From NCBI GenBank assembly GCA_964016885.1, contig OZ024741.1, positions 217,496,001-217,560,000 of the forward strand: a DNA stretch of 64,000 nucleotides. Direction: 5' to 3'. The DNA comes from Eledone cirrhosa (Eukaryota). The notes under the pieces were generated by a model, which saw only the letters and a list, made by a program, of their open reading frames with translations, was not told the DNA's origin and searched no databases. The translations under genes and the position numbers were made by a program. This document shows, in pieces, positions 27,918-40,700 of the stretch; the stretch's first letter is position 1; every line of letters starts with the position of its first letter.

Positions 27918-28550
27918 GGAGGGTTTAGCCCTAAATACTTAACCCTTGCTAAACAGTACTAGAAGTTTGCTTTAGCAGGATTTTAACTAAGCATTTGTCT
28001 AGCTCTGTACAGACTCTGCCAATCTGCAAGAGGACACATATAACCACGCCTTGGATAACCCTCATTGGCTATGATACCACCTCTGTGCTAAGCTATAGGG
28101 AAAGGTTTTTCTCTGAATGCTTAGCACTTGCTAAACAGTTCTAGAAGTTGGCTTAAGCAGGATTTGAACTACAAATACTGCTAAACATATATCTGATGCT
28201 CTACAGAGTTTTCCAATTCACTGCCAATCATAATTACTTTTCTATTGTTTTAGTTTTTTTGGCTTTTTCTTTCCCTAGTTATGTAAAAGAGATTGAATTA
28301 TTTCAAATAGTGCTAGATGTTGGCCTTAGTGGGATTTGAACTCAGAACATAAAGAGCCAGGCCAAATACTGCTAAGCATTTGTCTGGCACTCTACAAGCT
28401 CTGCTAATGGGCAAGGGGACAAATTTACGGGAAAGGTTTAGCCCTGAATTCTTAGCCCTTGCTAAATAGTGCTAGATAATGGCCTTGGTGGGATTTGAAC
28501 TCAGAACGTAAAGAGCGAGGGCAAATACTGCCTGATTCTCTACAGACCTT
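27918..28550. repeat. Degenerate tandem repeat, 3-4 copies of a SINE-containing unit
   Basis: TTGCTAAACAGT.CTAGA...GGATTTGAACT recurs near 27947, 28128, 28306 (partial) and 28459. Confidence 0.65.
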
Positions 28551-28568
28551 GTTAATAAATTATTGTCA

Positions 28569-28790
28569 ATCATCATCATCATCATCATCATCATTGTTTA
28601 ATGTCTATTTTCCATGCTAGCATGGGTTAGATGAGTTGTCCCATTACAGGAAAGATGGGTCGGGTGACCGTATCTCACTCATATAGGACTGTTTCTGGCT
28701 AGATTTCTATGGCTGGATGCCCTTCCTAATGCCAACCATATTTATAGTGTGGGCTGGGTGCTTTTTGTCGTGACACCTACACCACCACTT
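28569..28790 (-). mobile_element. SINE at the start of the satellite
   Basis: (CAT)n tail, CCATGCTAGCATGGGTT and GGCTGGATGCCCTTCCTAATGCCAACCA running without a break into the 48-bp units. Confidence 0.88.
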
Positions 28791-31700
28791 TACAGGGTGG
28801 GCTGGGTGCTTTTTGTCGTGACACCTACACCACCACTTTACAGTGTGGGCTGGGTGCTTTTTGTGTTTTGCCACCTACACGACCACTTTATAGAGTGGGC
28901 TGGGTGCTTTTTGTCATCGCACCTACACGACCACTTTACAGTGTAGACTGGGTGCTTTTTGTTGTGACTCCTACATGACGAATTTACAGTGTAGGCTGGG
29001 TGCTTTTTGTCTTGGCACCAACATGACCACTTTATAGTGTTGGCTGGGTGCTTTTTGTTGGGACACCTACATGACCACTTTACAATGTGGGCTGGGTGTT
29101 TTTTATCGTGGCACCTACACGACTGCTTTACAGTGAGGACTGGGTGCTTTTTGTTGTAACTCCTGCATGACTGCTTTACAGTGTGGGATGGGTGCTTTTT
29201 GCCACCTACACGACCATTTTACAGTGTGGGCTTGGTGCTTTTTGTCGTGCCACCTACACGACCATTTTACAGTGTGGGCTTGGAGCTTTTTGTTATGACA
29301 CCTACACGACCACTTTACAGTGTGGGCTGGGTGCTTTTTATCGTGGTGCCTACACGACCACTTTCCAGTGTTGGCTGGGTGCTTTTTCTCGTGGCACCTA
29401 CATGATCACTTTGCAGTGTGGGCTGGGTGCTTTTTGTTGGGACTCTGACATGACCACTTTGCAGTGTAGGCTGTGTGCTTTTTGTTGTGACACCTACGTG
29501 ACCACTTTACAGTGTAGGCTGAGAGCTTTTTGTCATGACACCTACACGACCACTTTACAGTGTGGGCTGACTGCTTTTTATTGTGGCGCCTACATGACCA
29601 CTTTCCAGTGTTGGCTGGGTGCTTCTTGTTGTGACTCCTGCATTACCACTTTACAGTGTAGGCTGGGTGCTTTTTGTTTGGGAGACCTACATGACCACTT
29701 TACAGTGTGGGCTAGGTGCTTTTTGTCGTGGCGCCTACACAACGACTTTACAGTGTGAGCTGGGTGCTTTTTGTTGGGACTCCTACATGACCACCTTACA
29801 GTGTTGGCTGGGTGCTTTTTGTCATGACACCAACACGACCATTTTATTGTGTGGGTTGTATGTTTTTTGTCATGAGACCAACACGACCACTTTACAGTGT
29901 GGGCTGTCTGCTTTTTGTTGTGACCTACGCGACCACTTTACAGTGTGGGCTGGGTGCTTTTTATCATGACACCTACACGACCATTTTACAGTGTTGGCTG
30001 AGTGCTTTTTAGTCATGTCACCAACATGACCACTTTATAGTGTGGGCTGGGTGCTTTTTGTTTGGACTCCTACATGACCACTGTACAGTGTGGGCTGGGT
30101 GCTTTTTGTCGTGACACCTACACAACAACTTTACAGTGTGGGCTGTGTGATTTTTGTTGTGACTCCTATATGACCACTTTGCAGTGTGGGCTGTGTACAT
30201 TTTTTTCGTGGCACCTACACAACCATTTTACAGTGTGGGCTGGCTGCTTTTTGTTTTTACTCCTGCACAACCACTTTACAGTGTGGGCTGGGTGCTTTCT
30301 GTTGGGAATCCTACATGACCACTTTACAGTGTTGGCTGGGTGCTTTTTGTCGTGACACCTACACAACAACTTTACAGTGTGGACTGTGTGCTTTTTGTTG
30401 TGACTCCTATATGACCACTTTGCAGTGTGGGCTGCGTACATTTTTTCGTGGCACATACACGAGCATTTTACAGTGTGGGCTGGCTGCTTTTTGTTGTGAC
30501 ACCTACATGACCACTTTACAGTGTGGGCTGGGGGCTTTTTCTTTAGGAGACCTACATGACCACTTGACAGTGTGGGCTAGGTGCTTTTTGTCGTGGCGCC
30601 TACACGACGACTTTACAGTGTGGGCTGGGTGCTTTTAGTTGTGACACCTACATGACCACTTTACAGTGTGGGCTGGGTGCTTTTGTTCATGTGACCAACA
30701 TGACGACTTTATAGTGTGAGCTGGGTGTTTTTTGTTCGGACTCCTACATGACCACTTTACAGTGTGGGCTGGGTGCTTTTTGTCTTCGCACCTACGCGAG
30801 CACTTTACAGTGTGGGCTGGGTACTTCTTGTTGTGACTCCTGCATTACCACTTTACAGTGTAGGCTGGGTGCTTTTTGTTTGTGAGACCTACATGACCAC
30901 TTTACAGTGTGTGCTAGGTGCTTTTTGTCGTGGCGCCTACACGACGACTTTACAGTGTGGGCTGGGTGCTTTTTGTTGGGACTCCTACATGACCACCTTA
31001 CAGTGTTGGCTGGGTGCTTTTTGTTGTAACTCCTACCTGATTAATTTATAGTCTTTCCTAGTGCCAACTACATTTACAGTGAGTGTTGGGTACTTTTTGT
31101 CATGACACCTACACTACCGCTTTACAGTGTGGACTAGGTGCTTTTTATTGTGGCACCTACACGAGCATTTTACGGTGTGGGCTGGGTGCTTTTTGTCGTG
31201 ACTCCTACATGACCACTTTACAGTGTGGGCTAGGTGCTTTTAGTTGTGACACCTACATGACCACTTTACAGTGTGGGCTGGGTGCTTTTTCTTTAAGAGA
31301 CCTACATGACCACTTGACAGTGTGGGCTAGGTGCTTTTTGTCGTGGCGCCTACTCGACGACTTTACAGTGTGGGCTGAGTGCTTTTTGTTGGGACTCCTA
31401 CATGACCACTTTACAGTGTTGGCTGGGTGCTTTTGGTCATGTGACCAACATGACGACTTTATAGTGTGAGCTGGGTGTTTTTTGTTCGGACTCCTACATG
31501 ACCACTTTACAGTGTGGGCTGGGTGCTTTTTTTTGTGACTCCTATATGACCACTTTGCAGTGTGGGTTGTGTACATTTTTTCGTGGTACCTAGACAACCA
31601 TTTTACAGTGTGGGCTGGCTGCTTTTTGTTTTTACTCCTGCACAACCACTTTACAGTGTGGGCTGGGTGCTTTCTGTTGGGACTCCTACATTACCACTTT

Positions 31701-34700
31701 ACAGTGGTGGCTGGGTGCTTTTTGTTGTGACACCTACACAACATCTTTACAGTGTGGTCTGTGTGCTTTTTGTTGTGACACCTACATGACCACTTTACAG
31801 TGTGTGCTGGGTACTTTTTGTTGTGACTCCTACATGACCAATTTACAGTGTCGGCTATGTGCTTTTTGTCGTGGCACCTACCTGACCACTTTCCAGTGTG
31901 GGCTAGGTGCTTTTTGTTTAGCAGACCAACATGACTTCTTGAAAGTGTGGGCTGGGTGCTTTTTGTTGGGACTCCCACATCACCACTTTACAGTGTGAGC
32001 TATGTTATTTTTGTCATGACACCTACAGGACAACTTTACAGTGTGGGCTGTATGCTTTTTGTCGTGCCAACTACATGACCATTTTACAGTGTGGGCTGCG
32101 TGCTTTTTATTGTCTCACCTACACGACCACTCTACAGTGTGGGCTGGGTGCTTTTTGTTGTGACTCCTACACGACCATTTTACAGTGTGGGCTGGGTGCT
32201 TTTTGTGGAGTGTCCTACACGACCACTTTATAGTGTGGGCTGAGTGCTTTTTGTTGTGACTGCTACATGACCACTTTACAGTGTGCGCTGGGTGCCTTTT
32301 GTCGTGACACCTACACGACAACTTTACAGTGTGGGCTGTGTGCTTTTTGTTGTGACGCCTACATAACCACTTTACAGGGTGGGCTGGATACTTTTTGTTG
32401 TGACTCCTACACGACCACTTTACAGTGTGGGCTGGGTACTTTTTTTCGTGGCACCTATACGACCATTTTACAGTGTGCGCTGCCTGCTTTTTGTTGGGAC
32501 TCCTACATGACCACTTAACAGTGTGGGTTGTGTGCTTTTTGTTGGGACTCCTACATGACAACTTTACAGTGTGGGCTGGGAGCTTTTTGTCGTGACACTT
32601 ACACGAAAACTTTACAGTGTGGGCTGGGTGATTTTTTGTTGTGACTCCTACATGACCACTTTGCAGTGTGGGCTGAGTACTTTTTCTCGTAGCACCTACA
32701 CGACCACTTTACAGTGTGGGCTGGGTACATTTTTTTCATGGTACCTACACGATTATTTTGCAGTGTGGGCTGGTTGCTTTTTGTTGTGACTCCTACACGA
32801 CCACTATACAGTGTGAGCTGGGTGCTTATTTTTGGACTCCTACATGAAAACTTTACAGTGTGGGCTGGGTGATTTTGTTGGACTCCTATATGACCACTTT
32901 GCAGTGTGGGCTGTGTACATTTTTTGGTGGCACCTACACGAGCATTTTACGGTGTGGGCTGGCTGCTTTTTGCTGTGACACCTACATGACCACTTTATAG
33001 TGTGGGCTGGGTGCTTTTTGTCATGGCGCCTACACGACGACTTTACAGTGTGGGCTGAGTGCTTTTTGTTGGGACTCCTACATGACCACTTTACAGTGTT
33101 GGCTGGGTGCTTTTTGTCGTGACACCTACACGACAACATTACAGTTTGGTCTGTGTGCTTTTTGTTGTGACGCCTACATAACCACTTTACAGGGTGGGCT
33201 GGGTACTTTTGGTTGTGACTCCTACACGACCACTTTACAGTGTGGGCTGGGTACTTTTTTTCGTGGCACCTATCCGACCATTTTACAGTGTGCGCTGCAT
33301 GCTTTTTGTTGGGACTCCTACATGACCACTTTACAGTGTTGGCTGGGTGCTTTTGGTCATGTGACCAACATGACGACTTTATAGTGTGAGCTGGGTGTTT
33401 TTTGTTCGGACTCCTACATGACCACTTTACAGTGTCGGCTGGGTGTTTTTTTTTTGTGACTCCTATATGACCACTTTGCAGTGTGGGTTGTGTACATTTT
33501 TTCGTCGTACCTAGACAACCATTTTACAGTGTGGGCTGGCTGCTTTTTGTTTTTACTCCTGCACAACCACTTTACAGTGTGGGCTGGGTGCTTTCTGTTG
33601 TGACACCTACATGACCACTTTACAGTGTGTGCTGGGTACTTTTTGTTGTGACTCCTACATGACCACTTTACAGTGTGGGCTAGGTGCTTTTTGTTTAGCA
33701 GACCAACATGACTACTTGAAAGTGTGGGCTGGGTGCTTTTTGTTGGGACTCCCACATCACCACTTTACAGTGTGAGCTATGTGCTTTTTGTCATGTCACC
33801 TACAGGACAACTTTACAGTGTGGGCTGTGTGCTTTTTGTTGTGACTCCTATATGACTACTTTGCAGTGTGGGCTGCGTACATTGTTTCGTGGCACCTACA
33901 CAAGCATTTTACAGTGTGGGCTGGCTGCTTTTTGTTGTGACACCTACACGACCACTTTACAGTGTGGGTTAGGTGCCTTTAGTTGTGGCACCTACACGAC
34001 CACTTTACAGTGTGGGCTGGGTGCTTTTTGTTGGGACTCCTACATGACCACTTTACAGTGTGGTCTATGGGCTTTTTGTTGTGACACCTACATAACCATT
34101 TTATTGTGTGGGCTGTGTGCTTTTTCTCATGACACCAACACAACCACTTTACAGTGTGGGCTGTGTGCTTTTTCTCGTGACACCTACACGACAACATTAC
34201 AGTTTGGTCTGTGTGCTTTTTGTTGTGACCCCTACATAACCACTTTACAGTGTGGGCTGGGTACTTTTTTTCATGGCACCTATATGACCATTTTACAGTG
34301 TGTGCTGCATGCTTTTTGTTGGGACTCCTACATGAGCACTTTACAGTGTTGGCTTGGTGCTTTTGGTCATGTGAGCAACATGACCACTTTATAGTGTGAG
34401 CTGGGTGCTTTTTGTTCGGACACCTACATGACCACTTTACAGTGTGGGCTAGGTGCTTTTAGTTGTGACTCCTATATGACCACTTTGCAGTGTGGGCTGT
34501 GTATATTTTTTCGTGGCACCTACACGAGCATTTTACAGTGTGGGCTGGGGCTGCTTTTTGTTGTGACACTTACACGACAATTTTACAGTGTGGGCTGGGT
34601 GCTTTTTGTTGTGACTCCTACATGACCAATTTATAGTGTGGGCTGGGTGATTTTTGTCATGACACCAATATGACCACTTTATAGTGTGGGCTGGGTGCTT

Positions 34701-37700
34701 TTTGTTGAGACTCCTACATCACCACTATACAATGTGTTGGCTGGGTGCTCTTTGTCGTCCCCCTACCTGATCACTTTACAGTTTGGGCTGGGTGCTTTTT
34801 GACGTGACTCCTGTATCACCACTTTACAGTGTAGGCTGGGTGCTTTTCGTTTAGCAGACCAACATAACTACTTTACAGTGTGGGCTGTGTGCTTTTTGTT
34901 GTAACACCTACATGACCACTTTATAGTGTGGGGCTGAGTGCTTTTTATCGTGGCACCTACACGGCCACTTTACAATGTGGGCTGGGTACATTTTTTCGTG
35001 GCACCTAGGTGCTTTTTGTCGTGGCGCCTACACGACGACTTTACAGTGTGGGCTGGGTGCTTTTTGATGGGACTCCTACATGTCCACTTTACAGTGTTGG
35101 CTGGGTGCTTTTTGTCGTGACATCTACACGACAACATTACAGTTTGGTCTGTGTGCTTTTTGTTGTGATGCCTATATGACCAAAGTATAGTGTGGGCTGG
35201 GTGCTTTTTGTCATGACACCAATACGACCACTTTATAGTGTGGGCTGGGTGATTTTTGTTGTGACACCTACATGACCACTTTATAGTGTGGACTGGGTGC
35301 TTTTGTTGGGACTCCTACATGAACACTTTACAGTGTGGGCTGGGTGATTTTTGTTGTGACACCTACATGACCACTTTACAGTGGGGCTGAGTGCTTTTTC
35401 TCATTGCACCAACACGACCACTTTACAGTGTGGGTTGGGTACATTCGTGGCATCTACACGATTATTTTACAGTGTGGGGTGGGTGCTTTTTGTTGTGACT
35501 CCTACACGACCACTTTACAGTGTGGGCTGGGTGCTTTTTGTTGTGACTCCTGGATGACCACTTTACAGTGTGGGCTGGGTGCTTTTTGTTGGACTCCTAC
35601 ATGACCACTTTACAGTATGGGCTGGTTGCTTTTTGTTGTTACTCGTACACTACCACTTTAGAGTGTGGGCCGGGTGCTTTTTGTTGGGACTCCCTCATGA
35701 CCACTTTACAGTGTTGGCTGGTCGCTTTTGGTCATGTCACCAACATGACCACTTTACAGTGTGGGATGGGTGCTTTTTGTTGTGACACCTACACGACAAC
35801 ATTACAGTTTGGTCTGTGTGCTTTTTGTTGTGACGCCTACATAACCACTTTACAGGGTGGGCTGGGTACTTTTGGTTGTGACTCCTACACGACCACTTTA
35901 CAGTGTGGGCTGGGTACTTTTTTTCGTGGCACCTATCCGACCATTTTACAGTGTGCGCTGCATGCTTTTTGTTGGGACTCCTACATGACCACTTTACAGT
36001 GTTGGCTGGGTGCTTTTGGTCATGTGACCAACATGACGACTTTATAGTGTGAGCTGGGTGTTTTTTGTTCGGACTCCTACATGACCACTTTACAGTGTCG
36101 GCTGGGTGTTTTTTTTTTGTGACTCCTATATGACCACTTTGCAGTGTGGGTTGTGTACATTTTTTCGTCGTACCTAGACAACCATTTTACAGTGTGGGCT
36201 GGCTGCTTTTTGTTTTTACTCCTGCACAACCACTTTACAGTGTGGGCTGGGTGCTTTCTGTTGTGACACCTACATGACCACTTTACAGTGTGTGCTGGGT
36301 ACTTTTTGTTGTGACTCCTACATGACCACTTTACAGTGTGGGCTAGGTGCTTTTTGTTTAGCAGACCAACATGACTACTTGAAAGTGTGGGCTGGGTGCT
36401 TTTTGTTGGGACTCCCACATCACCACTTTACAGTGTGAGCTATGTGCTTTTTGTCATGTCACCTACAGGACAACTTTACAGTGTGGGCTGTGTGCTTTTT
36501 GTTGTGACTCCTATATGACTACTTTGCAGTGTGGGCTGCGTACATTGTTTCGTGGCACCTACACAAGCATTTTACAGTGTGGGCTGGCTGCTTTTTGTTG
36601 TGACACCTACACGACCACTTTACAGTGTGGGTTAGGTGCCTTTAGTTGTGGCACCTACACGACCACTTTACAGTGTGGGCTGGGTGCTTTTTGTTGGGAC
36701 TCCTACATGACCACTTTACAGTGTGGTCTATGGGCTTTTTGTTGTGACACCTACATAACCATTTTATTGTGTGGGCTGTGTGCTTTTTCTCATGACACCA
36801 ACACAACCACTTTACAGTGTGGGCTGTGTGCTTTTTCTCGTGACACCTACACGACAACATTACAGTTTGGTCTGTGTGCTTTTTGTTGTGACCCCTACAT
36901 AACCACTTTACAGTGTGGGCTGGGTACTTTTTTTCATGGCACCTATATGACCATTTTACAGTGTGTGCTGCATGCTTTTTGTTGGGACTCCTACATGAGC
37001 ACTTTACAGTGTTGGCTTGGTGCTTTTGGTCATGTGAGCAACATGACCACTTTATAGTGTGAGCTGGGTGCTTTTTGTTCGGACACCTACATGACCACTT
37101 TACAGTGTGGGCTAGGTGCTTTTAGTTGTGACTCCTATATGACCACTTTGCAGTGTGGGCTGTGTATATTTTTTCGTGGCACCTACACGAGCATTTTACA
37201 GTGTGGGCTGGGGCTGCTTTTTGTTGTGACACTTACACGACAATTTTACAGTGTGGGCTGGGTGCTTTTTGTTGTGACTCCTACATGACCAATTTATAGT
37301 GTGGGCTGGGTGATTTTTGTCATGACACCAATATGACCACTTTATAGTGTGGGCTGGGTGCTTTTTGTTGAGACTCCTACATCACCACTATACAATGTGT
37401 TGGCTGGGTGCTCTTTGTCGTCCCCCTACCTGATCACTTTACAGTTTGGGCTGGGTGCTTTTTGACGTGACTCCTGTATCACCACTTTACAGTGTAGGCT
37501 GGGTGCTTTTCGTTTAGCAGACCAACATAACTACTTTACAGTGTGGGCTGTGTGCTTTTTGTTGTAACACCTACATGACCACTTTATAGTGTGGGGCTGA
37601 GTGCTTTTTATCGTGGCACCTACACGGCCACTTTACAATGTGGGCTGGGTACATTTTTTCGTGGCACCTAGGTGCTTTTTGTCGTGGCGCCTACACGACG

Positions 37701-40700
37701 ACTTTACAGTGTGGGCTGGGTGCTTTTTGATGGGACTCCTACATGTCCACTTTACAGTGTTGGCTGGGTGCTTTTTGTCGTGACATCTACACGACAACAT
37801 TACAGTTTGGTCTGTGTGCTTTTTGTTGTGATGCCTATATGACCAAAGTATAGTGTGGGCTGGGTGCTTTTTGTCATGACACCAATACGACCACTTTATA
37901 GTGTGGGCTGGGTGATTTTTGTTGTGACACCTACATGACCACTTTATAGTGTGGACTGGGTGCTTTTGTTGGGACTCCTACATGAACACTTTACAGTGTG
38001 GGCTGGGTGATTTTTGTTGTGACACCTACATGACCACTTTACAGTGGGGCTGAGTGCTTTTTCTCATTGCACCAACACGACCACTTTACAGTGTGGGTTG
38101 GGTACATTCGTGGCATCTACACGATTATTTTACAGTGTGGGGTGGGTGCTTTTTGTTGTGACTCCTACACGACCACTTTACAGTGTGGGCTGGGTGCTTT
38201 TTGTTGTGACTCCTGGATGACCACTTTACAGTGTGGGCTGGGTGCTTTTTGTTGGACTCCTACATGACCACTTTACAGTATGGGCTGGTTGCTTTTTGTT
38301 GTTACTCGTACACTACCACTTTAGAGTGTGGGCCGGGTGCTTTTTGTTGGGACTCCCTCATGACCACTTTACAGTGTTGGCTGGTCGCTTTTGGTCATGT
38401 CACCAACATGACCACTTTACAGTGTGGGATGGGTGCTTTTTGTTGTGACACCTACACGACAACATTACAGTTTGGTCTGTGTGCTTTTTGTTGTGACGCC
38501 TACATAACCACTTTACAGGGTGGGCTGGGTACTTTTGGTTGTGACTCCTACACGACCACTTTACAGTGTGGGCTGGGTACTTTTTTTCGTGGCACCTATC
38601 CGACCATTTTACAGTGTGCGCTGCATGCTTTTTGTCGTGACACCTACACGACAACATTACAGTTTGGTCTGCGTTCTTTTTGTTGTGACGCCTGCAGTGT
38701 GGGCTGGGTACTTTTGGTTGTGACTCCTACACGACCACTTTACAGTGTGGGCTGGGTACTTTTTTTCGTGGCACCTATCCGACCATTTTACAGTGTGCGC
38801 TGCATGCTTTTTGTTGGGACTCCTACATGACCACTTTACAGTGTTGGCTGGGTGCTTTTGGTCATGTGACCAACATGACGACTTTATAGTGTGAGCTGGG
38901 TGTTTTTTGTTCGGACTCCTACATGACCACTTTACAGTGTCGGCTGGGTGTTTTTTTTTTGTGACTCCTATATGACCACTTTGCAGTGTGGGTTGTGTAC
39001 ATTTTTTCGTGGTACCTAGACAACCATTTTACAGTGTGGGCTGGCTGCTTTTTGTTTTTACTCCTGCACAACCACTTTACAGTGTGGGCTGGGTGCTTTC
39101 TGTTGGGACTCCTACATTACCACTTTACAGTGGTGGCTGGGTGCTTTTTGTTGTGACACCTACACAACATCTTTACAGTGTGGTCTGTGTGCTTTTTGTT
39201 GTGACACCTACATGACCACTTTACAGTGTGTGCTGGGTACTTTTTGTTGTGACTCCTACATGACCAATTTACAGTGTCGGCTATGTGCTTTTTGTCGTGG
39301 CACCTACCTGACCACTTTCCAGTGTGGGCTAGGTGCTTTTTGTTTAGCAGACCAACATGACTTCTTGAAAGTGTGGGCTGGGTGCTTTTTGTTGGGACTC
39401 CCACATCACCACTTTACAGTGTGAGCTATGTTATTTTTGTCATGACACCTACAGGACAACTTTACAGTGTGGGCTGTGTGCTTTTTGTCGTGACACCTAC
39501 ATGACCACTTTACAGTGTGGGCTGTATGCTTTTTGTCGTGCCAACTACATGACCATTTTACAGTGTGGGCTGCGTGCTTTTTATTGTCTCACCTACACGA
39601 CCACTCTACAGTGTGGGCTGGGTGCTTTTTGTTGTGACTCCTACACGACCATTTTACAGTGTGGGCTGGGTGCTTTTTGTGGAGTGTCCTACACGACCAC
39701 TTTATAGTGTGGGCTGAGTGCTTTTTGTTGTGACTGCTACATGACCACTTTACAGTGTGCGCTGGGTGCTTTTTGTCGTGACACCTACACGACAACTTTA
39801 CAGTGTGGGCTGTGTGCTTTTTGTTGTGACGCCTACATAACCACTTTACAGGGTGGGCTGGATACTTTTTGTTGTGACTCCTACACGACCACTTTACAGT
39901 GTGGGCTGGGTACTTTTTTTCGTGGCACCTATACGACCATTTTACAGTGTGCGCTGCCTGCTTTTTGTTGGGACTCCTACATGACCACTTAACAGTGTGG
40001 GTTGTGTGCTTTTTGTTGGGACTCCTACATGACAACTTTACAGTGTGGGCTGGGAGCTTTTTGTCGTGACACTTACACGAAAACTTTACAGTGTGGGCTG
40101 GGTGATTTTTTGTTGTGACTCCTACATGACCACTTTGCAGTATGGGCTGAGTACTTTTTCTCGTAGCACCTACACGACCACTTTACAGTGTGGGCTGGGT
40201 ACATTTTTTTCATGGTACCTACACGATTATTTTGCAGTGTGGGCTGGTTGCTTTTTGTTGTGACTCCTACACGACCACTATACAGTGTGAGCTGGGTGCT
40301 TATTTTTGGACTCCTACATGAAAACTTTACAGTGTGGGCTGGGTGATTTTGTTGGACTCCTATATGACCACTTTGCAGTGTGGGCTGTGTACATTTTTTG
40401 GTGGCACCTACACGAGCATTTTACGGTGTGGGCTGGCTGCTTTTTGCTGTGACACCTACATGACCACTTTACAGTGTGGGCTAGGTGCTTTTAGTTGTGA
40501 CACCTACATGACCACTTTATAGTGTGGGCTGGGTGCTTTTTGTCATGGCGCCTACACGACGACTTTACAGTGTGGGCTGAGTGCTTTTTGTTGGGACTCC
40601 TACATGACCACTTTACAGTGTTGGCTGGGTGCTTTTTGTCGTGACACCTACACGACAACATTACAGTTTGGTCTGTGTGCTTTTTGTTGTGACGCCTACA

